Positions 26,733-38,961 are shown, counted from the first letter of the stretch. The stretch: DNA of 64,000 bases from Chara braunii (GCA_003427395.1 BFEA01000025.1:5118435-5182434); one strand, 5' to 3'. Translations and numbers: made by a program. Notes: generated from the letters alone by a model not told the origin.

Positions 26733-27944
26733 TCCTTAATGGCTGGGAGGATCTGGCTTCTCAGAAATTCAGAATGCTATTCAAGCTGGCTCGCATGAGC
26801 ATTCCCCATTTCCACATGCATGTTCTATCCTGATTTCCGAAACAGGACAACCACGTATACATAGTGTACAAGGCTACACTGAAGTCAGATTTCCTACATA
26901 ACATAACATACAAAAGTGCACTCAACATACTTGGCTTATGAAAAAAGGTTATAGTGCTTATGGTACCTGATACACCAATGATATAAGGCTGATAGTACTT
27001 TATACACATGCAATACGGGCCTTAACTTCACTTTACATGCTATCGTAATTTCAGGAAAGACTGATCACTTCGCAAGCAACGGAAAAGCGTTGCCCACAGT
27101 CCTCTTCTAGCTTCTCTTCCGGAGCTCTGTAAGCACTCGTGGTTGTGACAACGTGTGAAGCCCCTCCCCTGGCTGACTATGTGCAAACTCCATTCCACTG
27201 TGTGCACTTAAACCTCAACAGTACAGTTTGAATTTTGAAATCATTCCACGAACTTCTCCTCGACACACTCCATTTCGTACCCCCATGAAACAAAACGAAA
27301 CGCTCCCTTTCCCACAAACGAGAAACTTGCTGCACAGGGTAGGTAGCCTATGGTGAGTGTGTAGACGGGCACACCTAGTCTAAACGAGTCCGAGTAAACA
27401 GAATGACACAGGCCCGAATCACAATGTTCTTACCCTGTATACTGGTAACAGCACTACTTACGTTCGTGTAAAGGGGTGGTTGAATCCACTGCTACCTCCG
27501 AGGGCTCATTTTGCTGAGGTGGAAAAGAACTGTGTGCCAAGCTTTGCCAAAGCCCCAGCACGACTTCTTTTTTCGGGGAGGGGCGGGGGGTGCCAGGGTG
27601 GGGGCTGACACCACAAGACATTTTAGTATGGTAGCACTGTTCACCCAAAGAATGCGGTTTAGGGTCATCTGTGTGTTTCGTGTTTGCCTCTGAAAGGTAG
27701 TGGTGATTTTTTAAGGTAAAAAACACAACTGCGATGATGTACCCTATTGCTAGATCTATTGCCAGAGCGGTAGACTCCTGAGCCGAATGTATCACCACTC
27801 CTGAATTGAATCAGATGACTGGCAGCTCCATCAAATCAAATGATCCGACCATGACAATTCAATTGAATTCATTCAAATGACAGTGACAAACAAACCCCGC
27901 GGCAGGGTTGTAACGTAATGAATGAAAAGAATATATTCACCCAC

Positions 27945-27989
27945 CTGTTGCGTCATCGCTTGTGGAGGCATAGCTGGGAGACCTGGAAA
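27945..27989 (-). CDS. U2AF65: U2AF65 exon 7 (FPGLPAMPPQAMTQQ)
   Basis: Conserved QAMTQQ before RRM1; TTGCAG acceptor, donor CAG|GTGGGT. Confidence 0.93.
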
Positions 27990-28435
27990 CTGCAACCAAA
28001 GAAAAAGATGGACGGGAGTCAATCGGGGCATCACTCTGCAGAGTTTTGTCGTGAAACAAAGGTACCCAAATCCAATCTACTGCTCACTTATCAACACACA
28101 TACACACAGCCATAAAAAAAAAACATCATATATGCTCTCGATGCACCGAGACAGATCACATTACAAGCGTTTCCATCCTCCTGAATCTCAAAAATGGGCT
28201 TAACCCAAACATCAAAAAAGTTGGAAGCTCTGAGATGGGGAGAAGGAGCATAGCTGTAGCGTTCCACAGTAGCACTCTTGGATTTCATGTACTTTACTCA
28301 TATTATCAGGAGTTTCTAGAACACCTGAAAATAGACGGAACTGATAAAAGAGGGGGGGGGGGGGGAGGAAGGAAGGGGGAAAACAGAATTAGGGGGCTCA
28401 GAAAAGTCCCAAAACAACGATGGAGGAACACACAC

Positions 28436-28500
28436 CTGTGGAAATGAGAATGGACTTGGGAAAAGAGGCATTGTCGGCATCCCTGCGGATGGCAGCGAAC
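28436..28500 (-). CDS. U2AF65: U2AF65 exon 6 (GSLPSAGMPTMPLFPSPFSFPQ)
   Basis: TTTGCAG acceptor, donor CAG|GTGTGT, phase 1 to 0. Confidence 0.85.
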
Positions 28501-28644
28501 CTGCAAATGAGAAGAAAACGGTCTTTAGAAAGCCAGCGGAATTGAAATAACCATGTTCAAGACGCCATCATAATAAGATAAACGTATGATTAATGCATGT
28601 ATCAAAATTTCACAAAAGGTGAATAAGAGTTCAATAGACCAACT

Positions 28645-28808
28645 GGCCTAGTTCAGTTGGTACACACATGACGTGAGTTTGAATCCCTTGATGAACAGAA
28701 CCAAATAAAATAATTTCTGAAATACAGACCTGAGGCCAGTCAGATCGGTGGAAATATCTCAAGATCGTAGCCCTTTTTCAACAAAAAAACAAAACAAAAA
28801 ACAAAAGA
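28645..28808 (+). mobile_element. tRNA-derived SINE, same family
   Basis: cctagttcagttgg A box, gtttgaatcc B box, shared atgaa-aga-ccaaataa body, A-rich tail. Confidence 0.65.
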
Positions 28809-29499
28809 AGGTGAGTTACATAATTCTATGAAACACGCGCAAAATAAAGTGGAGCCAAGACCAGCAGTGCCGGTCATTTCATGAAAAGCCCAAACCTTGC
28901 TAAATGAGCCCAGCTTCGCACTGCACTATATCCACCAAGAATCAACTAGAGAGGAGTCAAACACCAAATGCAGTGAATAAGAAACAACCGTCAAAGAGTT
29001 GAGCATCCATCAATAAGCATGATCTTCTGTTCTCCTCTCCATGAAGAGTGTCCATCATATCAAACAACGACGCAAGTTCATCCTTGGACTGCCAGCAAAT
29101 GCAAATGCAAATTCTGTCATACGGGTGGTGTTGCATGGGGGTGTCTTAGTTGGAGTAGTGAATTTGTCTGGTTAATGTCATATACTCCCTGCACAGAGTT
29201 GAGCAGGACTTGAACCCATAACCCATAGGACGTAAATTTGTCTGGTTGTTCGCCGATGAAATAAGTCCTCCCCATCGTGAGGGCACCAATTTGGGTGTCT
29301 CCAACCAAGCGGTTGGATAAATAAAATAAGTATCATCCATACAGTTGTATTGCTGTTGGGTTCCAACAATTGGAGAGGTAGCTAGAGTGAGGTGGAATTG
29401 AGAGAAGAAAATAGCATAGCTAAAACTACAGCTCTCCCCCATACACGAGGGGAAGACGGTTGTATTTATAAAAAAAAAACAAGCAAATTCTCTCGGGCC

Positions 29500-29791
29500 C
29501 TAGGCTACCAGAGTGGCCCGGGGTCACTTGCCCCGACGGGCCAAAAAAAAAAAAAAAAAAACATTAAATAAATAAAATAAAAATATTTTTTTCATTTTTT
29601 ATTTTAAATTTCGTAAAGAATTTCGATGCGACCCCGAGGCAAAAATTGTTCAGTTTATTTTTCTGCATAACATTTATTTTTTCGGATTTTTTTGATTTTT
29701 TTTTGTTTTTTGCTACGACCTTCCCTGGTCCTTGCACGGCCGGGCCGTCCGGGAAAATAGGGTGACCCGGGCGGCCCGGCTGGTAGCCTAG
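29500..29791. mobile_element. MITE with 12-bp TIR and 8-bp TSD (hAT-like)
   Basis: ctaggctaccag...ctggtagcctag flanked by ctcgggcc on both sides. Confidence 0.85.
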
Positions 29792-30639
29792 CTCGGGCCT
29801 GTATATACCACTGTCAACATTTTTTTTTTCTGGCACGGGAGTGAACAGCATCATACGCCGCCGCTGCACGATCAACCTAACAAGCACTGAATGCTCTTGT
29901 TAGCTGTCCGCTGTTTCGCAAGCCACTACAACTCCAACAACGAACAAGGCCCATATGTGCCTTCCAGACAAGATTGCAAATTCAATCGAAAACTTGTGGG
30001 TGCCGGTAAGGACCAGTCCTTCATAGGAAAAAGGGAGAAGGACGATTGGATCGTAATAAAATTAAATAAATCTTTCACCCACTACCACCAAACTAATACC
30101 AAATCCAATCCCTATGCCTTAGAATTAAGCCACCATACCACTCTTCGTGAGTTCACTATCATCGTAACGCACCAAACCCTGGCAAAGGGTCAGGCGGCCT
30201 GCTTCCAAAGAAATCAGCAGCAGACTCGTGTGGGTCAGTACGCCGAACCTCTTGCTGCACCTTGAGTACATCATACTACCACAGTTCTCGGAATCCAAAA
30301 AAGAAGAGAGGTGATTTGATGCCCTTAGATCTCCATCCTCGATTGCCTCAAACATGTATCCCAGGTACAGACTGGCCCCTAGCGACTGACAATAACATCT
30401 CCGGATGAAATGGGGTCCAGCCAGTACCCACTTCATCTGGATTTGGCTCAACAAGTCTGAACCACAGAAAACAAGAAACGACAAAACAAAGGTAACAAGA
30501 AACAAAAAAAAAATGAAGTATCCGGAAGCCAGGCAGGCACAACAGACAAAAGGTGGGGAGAAGAGCAGAGGCTGCCACACATCAACAAGCCAGAGCTGTG
30601 GAAACTCGAAACGATGAGAAGCAAAGTAAGATTACTCAC

Positions 30640-30714
30640 CCAGAGGTGGAAGGCTGTTCGGAGTAGAGACTTGAGTCGAAGGAGGCAGAATCGCAGCTGG
30701 TGAATTTACAATAC
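30640..30714 (-). CDS. U2AF65: U2AF65 exon 5 (GIVNSPAAILPPSTQVSTPNSLPPL)
   Basis: TTTAG acceptor, donor TGG|GTGAGT, 75 nt, phase 1 to 1, Pro-rich linker; frame-neutral so could be skipped. Confidence 0.75.
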
Positions 30715-33700
30715 CTAAATTGGAAAACGTCAGCCTCAACAATCACCGATCAACAACACTGTACACACTGCAACAATATCAAAGTGTACAGAGTGCTGCG
30801 AACATAGGATGGAGGGGAGCAAAACAGAGTGATGCAAAGCGAAGCTACGTTCGACAGACGAACGAGCCCATAAAGTGGCGTGACATAAACCAGACAGACA
30901 ACCGTGTTTACCGTCAAAAAAACACCCAAGTCTAACGCATGGATGAGACCTACGTACGATTCCTGTCAAAGAAAGACCTGCCCTCATCTTTTGCCTTGCT
31001 GCCAGCTCTGGCTGCTTCATCCAATGACTTACAAAGACCGAGTGGACTCTGATAAAAGGAGATGGAGATAGAGTCGAAGAGGAAGGGAAACGCCAAAAAG
31101 GACAAAGACATTCTTCGTAGAACAAAGGACAAGAAGAAGCCAGCCACCTCGTTCCAGGAATCATTGGCAAGAAGCAGAATGGCCAGATTTGAAGTTCGAG
31201 ATGAGGGAGTTGGGTGAAGATGATCAGGGATGCACCAAACGGAGACAATCCTCTCCCTCGCTGTAATTACAGGGGCCTTCGAAGACAGGTTCGTAGACAG
31301 GCAAGGACAGATATGTGGCTGATGATGCCTTCCGCATCCACAAAACAACAGAGCAAAAAAGACATCACAAACGACAAACAAATCCCACAACAAACGACAA
31401 ACGACATGCGAACGAATGAACAGTGTCCCTCAGTCACCATTTGTGGCGTGCTTCTTCTTCTTCTTCTTCTTCTTCTTCTTCTTCTTCTTCAGGTAGATAT
31501 GACCACAGACCCAATAATTATATAATACTTAATATCATGATGAATATAATTATTGCCTGCCTGTCAAGAAAAAGCTCATTTCACTTAGTTGCCATCCAGC
31601 AGTGTCCTTATCAATGGCATCGTAAAATCAACCCTTCAGGTTGGAAAATTGTCAATATTCCATGCTCAACACAGTGCCTGCTCCACTACACAGCACTCCA
31701 CATGTATTTGGAGGCTTCTCTTTTCTCTGGACAAGGTGCGTTTGTTCGGACGAGTCCAACATTTTGAACGTATCTGGTCCTCAAAAGATCCAAATGCATG
31801 TAGATTAATGTGTATAGGAGCGAGGTCCACAGTTCCACCTATTGATTGATGTGAGTGTAATTCTGAAATCAATGAAGACTAGATTCTAAAACACAAATGT
31901 GCCTCTGAAAAAAACAACTCCGCAAAAATCTCGCAAGTGCACCACCAACAAGCATCCCTTGTCCCCTTGTATGAGTTAACAGCAAAGAGCTCAGAGAGGA
32001 TAAAAGCCCCCCAAAAAGCACAAAAGCCCGTAAAGGGGGGGACTGCGGGGGGGAATGCCAAACACACAATTAACGAGTGAATAAATTGTCTTATTGCACA
32101 ACACTTGGGGTGCACACAAAAGAAGAAGACTTTGTCAGGGTGCCCCTGTGAGGCTACCACCACCAGCACCTTACTTCAAATGAGGACAACCTCAAGAGAG
32201 AGGGCACAGTGATAGTCCCAGAAGGGACTTGCAATCTTGAGGCAGTGTGCCAGCCTGACGAATTGTGACATAAGAAGTGTGTGGGCAGAGTCGTCAAGCT
32301 TCCGTTCCACTGTGACCGTCTTGCCTTTTTCCGTGTTTTTCAGCTGGTCGTCGGTCGAGGGAAAAGAGAACAAACAGATAACACTTCCTGGAGAGCACAC
32401 ACTTTCTGCAGAGTACGAGATGCAAAAGCACTAACAAGTCCTGAGAGCGGAAAAGGAGAAAAATGGCATGCCGGAAACGCAAATTATTATAATGTAATAA
32501 CACACCCAACGACGGGTCATTTGTCAGAACGTTCAGCACAAAGAAGTGCCACGAGGATGGCAGAACAAGGGCACAGTAAGCAGCACAGCAACCTGTGTCC
32601 AACTACCCGGGCCCGACATCATTAAAGGGGGGGCACAAATACCCCCCAACAACGCTGATTTCATTTGTACGGAAGCCAAGGAATCAAACACGAGAGGCTT
32701 ACAGCCAGATCATGCCCCAGCAATTGCTGAGGGAATCAGATTTGCATCACTTGCTAACTACCAGTAGGCTTGCGATATAAAAAAAAAAAAAAAAAAAAAA
32801 AAACTTCTCTTACAAGTTACAACTGAACTTCTCTTTGGTCAGGACGGAGAGCGAGTTACAATCGGTGATACCAACGTTTGGGAAGTGATGGTGGCACGTC
32901 GAGGTGGTGGGTCACGTTCAGGAAATGACAAAACATGCAGGAAGCGAGAAGAGGAAGGTTGAGGTGGTTGGTCATGCTCAGGAAACAACGAAGTGTCTCC
33001 CAATTGCTCCGCGTCTGTGGAGCATGTCACCAACAGAGATATGACGTTTTTGCGACACCAACAAGAGGTATGATAGGGATGATAATAATAGCAGACGTGT
33101 CCTAACTTCGAGCAAAACCGATGCAGAGGAGTGTTGCACAAAGGGATCGGCAAAACATTCGCAGACGGGTGGAACGAGGACCTTAGACAGATAAAGGCAC
33201 TGACAAAGCTGCGTGAAATGTTGCTGGCACATCGTTCTTCACAGATGATATATGTCTGACTAGTACTGTTGATACCATCCTGCTGTACATAACAAGGCCA
33301 GAAAAACATCGGTTGCCGGGGGGGGGGGAAGAGAGAGCAGGAGGGAAACACTCGGGCAGTGCTAAGAACAACGAACTCGGGAAAACGTCACTTGGTTGAT
33401 GGAAGCTGCTCAGGGAGATGCTGATGACCAGGCTCTGCTCCACAAGAGAGAGGAGAGAGGGGAGGGGGGGCGGGGGGGCAGGGGGGGGGAGGGGTGGAGA
33501 GAGAGATTGCTACCAAGGAAAGCAAAAGCTGCTAGAAGCATGCAAAGCAAGGATAGCAGCCATTGCAGGAGGCAACAGAGATTATATTGAAAACTTGACA
33601 AACTAGTGGTGGTTGAAGGAGATGGAGAAGATAACATTTTTGTACGAAAACTGCATCAAAAAGGAAAATACAGATAGAACTGCGTACGGACGTAACAGTG

Positions 33701-34062
33701 AAAAACAACCGCAGGAACGAGCTGACATATTGATACAGGCTTTTGCAGTACCCAAACATGGAAAACAGAAACAGAATGGCAGGACAAAAGAGACAGAAAC
33801 AAGGTGACAGGACAGTAGACAAAGGAGATTCAACCAGCTAGCTGAGAACAAATAGACCGCAAAAGGAGGACATGCAATGCATATAATAATATGCCCAGAC
33901 TATCAGAATGAGCACTTTACACAAAAGAAAAGAAAAAAAACAAAGAAAACAAAGACAACACCGCCAGAGTACACGATGGAAAAGAGAAGCAACCCAAATG
34001 GGACAGATAAGGTCCAAATGGGACAGACAGATGAGGCAAATCCCACTCCCTGTGGTACACAC

Positions 34063-34136
34063 CTGCAGGTTGTACAGGAGCTGGTGTGATGGTAGGCGCC
34101 CCTATATCAAACCCACTTGGCCTCTTGTTGCCGCCA
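34063..34136 (-). CDS. U2AF65: U2AF65 exon 4 (SGGNKRPSGFDIGAPTITPAPVQPA)
   Basis: Plant-type KRxSGFD motif; CAG acceptor, donor CAG|GTGTGT, phase 2 to 1. Confidence 0.92.
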
Positions 34137-34727
34137 CTGCTCAAAACACGCACACAACCATAATGGTCCAACAAAGACAGTCAGAACTAGAACTTCCAAA
34201 CAAAAAGAATGCGCATTTCATCAGAGTAACCGCCAGTAATTCACGACAACCTGGCATTCCCAAAATACGCACCTGGCTTGGTGCATGTCCAGTGACAGGG
34301 AGAATTCTAGTCGCTAAAAGCGCCAATGGACCCTTCACATAAGTTTCCCAAAAATGACATGTCAGGGATTACATCCCTTTCTTTCCTTAAAGAAACAGCA
34401 TTTCTGCGAATTCTCCTCAGCTCAAATGAAGAACATGATCCGCTCTGTTAAATATTAGGAACTTTGTTATTTCATTCTAGAACACCACACGCAAACATTT
34501 GAGCCCCTACAATGCATTTGGGGGAGGAGGACTGAAACTTTGCCCAGCAACATTTCCCATCACAAGTTCACAGCAGAAGCATCACAAGACAATTTTCCTA
34601 ATATTTTCGGCCAAACAACCTTTGCAGGTGGACAATCCCATCGGCAAAAAGTATGTTTCTCCAAAAACAAAGGCACCCCGCACTCAAGAGTAAACTCTCT
34701 GAGATTGGCAAACACACGTTCAGATTC

Positions 34728-34786
<59 letters not shown>

Positions 34787-34827
34787 CCCAACACACACAC
34801 ATTTTTTGAGTGTATAGCAAATGTGAC

Positions 34828-34871
<44 letters not shown>

Positions 34872-34991
34872 AACACACTGACATACACACACACTGTGGA
34901 ACAGTAATCTAGAAGGCCCATCCCTCACTTTACACAGAAACCTTCAAAAGGCAGCAGGCACACAGTACTGCTGTCTGATAGCAAATGTGAC

Positions 34992-35030
<39 letters not shown>

Positions 35031-36041
35031 NNNNNNNNNNNNNNNNNNNNNNNNNNNNNNNNNNNNNNNNNNNNNNNNNNNNNNNNNNNNNNNNNNNNNN
35101 NNNNNNACTCTGACACTGTGGAACAGTAATCTAGAAGGTTCATCACTCACTTTACACTGAAACCTTCAAAAGGCAGCAGGCACACAGTACTGCTGTCTGA
35201 TCGCAAAAGGAAGTGGCAGGCCCATTGCTAGCAAAAAAGCACGCTTGTGTCACTTTGAACAGGTCCCTAATGGCCTGGCATAACCTGCCCTAGAAAACAC
35301 AGAGGGGTTCCAAAGGCTAGATTCAAATGCATTGGCGGTTCAAAACGAAGGGGGAGGGATGCAGGGGAACGGAGGCAATTAAAAAAAAAAAAAAAAAAAA
35401 AAAAAGAGCTGTCGAAATCGCATCTCCACATGACATTTGGATGGCATAGTTTGACAGCTTCACCACATTCCAAGCATCAGATACCGGCCCCGCTAAAAAT
35501 ATCCATGAAGAGAACTTCAAAACGATAAAAAGGGTAAGGAAGGAATTTCCTCTGAATAACAACTTGGAAAGGGGTCGAAACTTCTCAAAACGGGTTTGAT
35601 TTGGCTCAAGTTTCCTATCTCACGTCGTCTACCTTCAAATTAATTAGTACGGAATTCTGAAGTGATCCTCTGCCCAAAAGCTGTTTACAACTTTGCATTT
35701 ACAGAACCTTTTGATGTTTTCCGTTGGTTTTTTTTTTTTTTTTTTGCAGGAGGGGGAGGGAGGGGGAGCTCAACGAAGTGGGTGGCGGGGGGCAAGACCT
35801 TCCAACAGCACAAAGAAAGACGTCCATACACACACACACAACAATGGAGACAAGGAGAAGAAAAAGTTTGAAGAACATACCTCTTCCTGCCTTCCTTTGA
35901 CTCCGACAGTCCCCCCCCTCCCTTCCACCCCCTTCCAACAACCCCTTCCACCCCCTTCCAACAACCCCTTCCATAGCACACGCAGACAAGAAGGAAGAGA
36001 AGAAGAAGAAGAAGAAGAAGAAGAAACATTGAAGAACATAC

Positions 36042-36185
36042 CTCTTCCTGGCTTCCTTTGACTTCGACGGTGACCTCGATGCAGAGCGAGACCGCGAGCG
36101 GTTGCTGGATCGCCCCCTTGACAGAGATCGTGACCGATGGCGAGAAGTTCTCCTTTCCCTATCTCGGTCATATTCTCTGCTCCGT
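36042..36185 (-). CDS. U2AF65: U2AF65 exon 3, RS domain (RSREYDRDRERRTSRHRSRSLSRGRSSNRSRSRSASRSPSKSKEARK)
   Basis: TAGCAG acceptor (alternative start 36188), donor GAG|GTATGT, phase 2 to 2. Confidence 0.92.
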
Positions 36186-36367
36186 CTGCTAAATACGTCA
36201 AGAGGGCAACAATGTCAAACATAGTCACAAAAGTCTTTTTCCTATTCACATAGTTCCATGTGCAACCCAAACTCCGGTCTGCATCTCAACACAGTGCACA
36301 GGTGTACCAACCGAACTAGCACCGCCGGTAAAACAAAGTCAGACACATTCTCTTTTTTGTTTTCTTG

Positions 36368-36460
36368 TCGTTATTCCCAATGGACAACAGATCAGATATT
36401 AAACCTATCAGACAACCGATACCACACTTAATCTATTTTTAGCCGAAAGGCCAAAAAAGT
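36368..36460 (-). pseudogene. U2: 3'-truncated U2 snRNA copy in intron 2
   Basis: Minus strand reads ggcctttcggctaa-aaat-agattaagtgtggtatcggttgtctgataggtttaatatctgat, colinear with U2 GGCCUUUUGGCUAAGAUCAAGUGUAGUAUCUGUUCUUAUCAGUUUAAUAUCUGAU; no Sm site; A-rich 3' flank. Confidence 0.85.
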
Positions 36461-37138
36461 TGAAAAAACTTCATCTATTTTTAGAAAAGTACATAATACT
36501 ATTACATGCACACATGCTCACAACACACAAAAGGGCAAACTTCACTGCCACCCACAAAGTTTCCACACAAATGATGACAGGAACCCAAAAAAAAAAAAAA
36601 CCGAACCAATAGTGAGTGCTGAGAGTGTAAGTGCCTTTTTCTTATTATGTAGTTAGGTAGAAGAAAAATCTCAGGCAGAGACGGCGGCGATTAACCCAGT
36701 TCTCAAGAGTAGTAATGCATTTATTTGAAATTATTTCTTCTTTCTTTTTTAATTTGGACCATTTATTGATTTATGCGTGCGTGTCGTCCTTGCGCAGACA
36801 GGGCCCATGCTAGTCTTCTCCGTATAGCTCCAATTTGTAAAGGATGTCTCCAAGGATGGAAGGTCATTTTTTAAAGTTCTCTTCGTGACGATTCCGGACT
36901 TACCAAAACACAATCGAACCAAGCAGGCAGTTTTGAATTGGCAAACCCAGGCAGGCACGTCATGTCTGTACTTTTCCAACTAAATTTCCATTAACAAAGA
37001 AAAAAGGAAAACACATTTCCTCCCCCCAACTTCCCCAATCTGCTCCTCGTGAAAATGATTGGAACAGAAATGACATTTGCCACGTTCGGAAATCAACCAA
37101 CAGAACAGAGAAGCAACAGGCAAAAATCTCTCACCCTC

Positions 37139-37178
<40 letters not shown>

Positions 37179-37429
37179 TTAGTGCCATGCCAGAAAGAAG
37201 TCAAACCATACAGTGAACTTTTTCCTCTTTTTTTTTTTTTTTGAGAGAGAAGACGCAATTATATTTCAAAAAGCAAGATGAGGCGAGGGATCCTCGCAAA
37301 CAACCCGGAAAGACACTTACTGGGGCCATTACCCAGCTTTGGGTTGGCTGGAAACCGGGTCCAGCATCCCATCCGAACAAAGCCTCCAGTGTCCATCTGA
37401 GCAGAGCCTTCTCGAGATAGAAGAACCAA

Positions 37430-38195
37430 CAGGCAATCAGACAGACGGGCAATCAGACAGACGGGCAATCAGGCGGGCATCAGAATGGCAAACAGACACA
37501 GGCAGTCCGACAGGTAACAAGACAGAGAAAACTGACACAGGCAATCAGAGACCCAATCACAGAGAGAATCAGACAGGCAACCAGGTCGTCAATCAGACAG
37601 GCAATCAGAATGGCAAACAAACACAAGCAATGAGACAGGCAAACAGAAAGAGAAAATTGGCACATGCAATCAGACAGACAATCAGAGACACAATCAGACA
37701 GGCAATCGGAGACACAGTCAGACAGGCAATCAGAGACACAGTCAGACAGGCAATCAGTGGCACAATCAGACAGGCAATGAGAGACACAATCAGACAACCA
37801 ATCGGAGACACAGTCAGACAATCAGAGACACAATCAGACAACCAATCGGAGACACAGTCAGACAGGCAATCAGAGACACAATCAGACAGCCAATCGGAGA
37901 CACAGTCAGACAGCCAATCGGAGACACAGTCAGACAGGCAATCAGAGACACAATCAGACAGGCAATCAGAGACAAAATCAGACAGGCAATCAGACAGGAA
38001 ATCAGAATGGCAAACAGACTCAGGCAGTCGGAGGCAAACAGACAAAGAAAACTGACACAGGCAATCAGAGACGCAATCAGAGAGTCAGTCGGAGGCAATC
38101 ATGCCACGCAATCAGACAGGCAACCAGACAAGCAATCAGCGAGTCAATCAGAGAGGCCATCATGCCAGGCAATCACACAGGCAATCGGACAGGAT
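37430..38195. repeat. Minisatellite, 24-bp unit (cagacaggcaatcagagacacaat)
   Basis: More than 12 clean copies at 37670-38000 with diverged flanks. Confidence 0.95.
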
Positions 38196-38333
38196 TAAGA
38201 GAGGCATAGGGAGCCGCAATGCACAAAAAGGAGCACAGAAACTGAAGTCGTGCCGAGGAGCCGACGCATGAGAAAACAAAAAGGAAGACGGATGGAAAAA
38301 AGACATCAAATTAGGGGAGAGTAGATTTTTTAC

Positions 38334-38515
38334 CTGTCGCGGTTATGATAATCACGCTCCCTATTATCTCTGTCATCCCGGTGCCGTCGATCTCTATCCA
38401 TCCGATGGTCCCGATGTCTGTCTCGTTCATCCGGATACCCACGATCTCGATATCTGCCACCATCCCGATCCCGTTCCCTTCCTCGATCTCTTCCATCCTC
38501 TCGGGAAGAACGCTG
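38334..38515 (-). CDS. U2AF65: U2AF65 exon 2, RD/RE-rich (QRSSREDGRDRGRERDRD...YHNRD)
   Basis: CAGCAG acceptor (alternative start 38512), donor CAG|GTAAAA, phase 0 to 2. Confidence 0.9.
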
Positions 38516-38961
38516 CTGCACAGCAAATGGAATCAAACAGTTGTTCTTTTTTCGGTTGTTTTGGAAATCAAACAATTTGTATTATTGTCACAGAGGGAAA
38601 TCCTGTAGAACAAAAACCAACCAAACTAGTAGCGCATTTGAGCGAAAGAGAGAGGGCAACAAGAACAGGGATATATGTTGTTTCCCCTCCCTAACCTCTT
38701 CTCCTCTTCCCCCCTCCTCCTCCCTTCTTTTCCTCTCTTTCTCTCTCTTAATCCAAGTAAATTTCACCTCTGACTATGGAATCCACCCACAACCTGTTGA
38801 AATATAGACCTGTGTTCGAATCCCGATCTAAATTTCACCTCTGGGACGTCATGCCAAACTAACATAGAATAATACAGCGCTAATAACCGTGTGTTCTATT
38901 CGGCGAAACCCGATCTCGTTTGCTTCCACTTACTACGCTCTTCTCCCTCCGTTCTGTCGCC

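Noticed and set aside
36368-36460. Functional U2 snRNA gene
   Set aside because: No Sm site or 3' stems, altered branch-pairing sequence, no recognisable snRNA promoter
37339-38055. 238-aa ORF with SETQSDRQ repeats
   Set aside because: Translation of a 24-bp minisatellite; open in several frames on both strands; lies in intron 2
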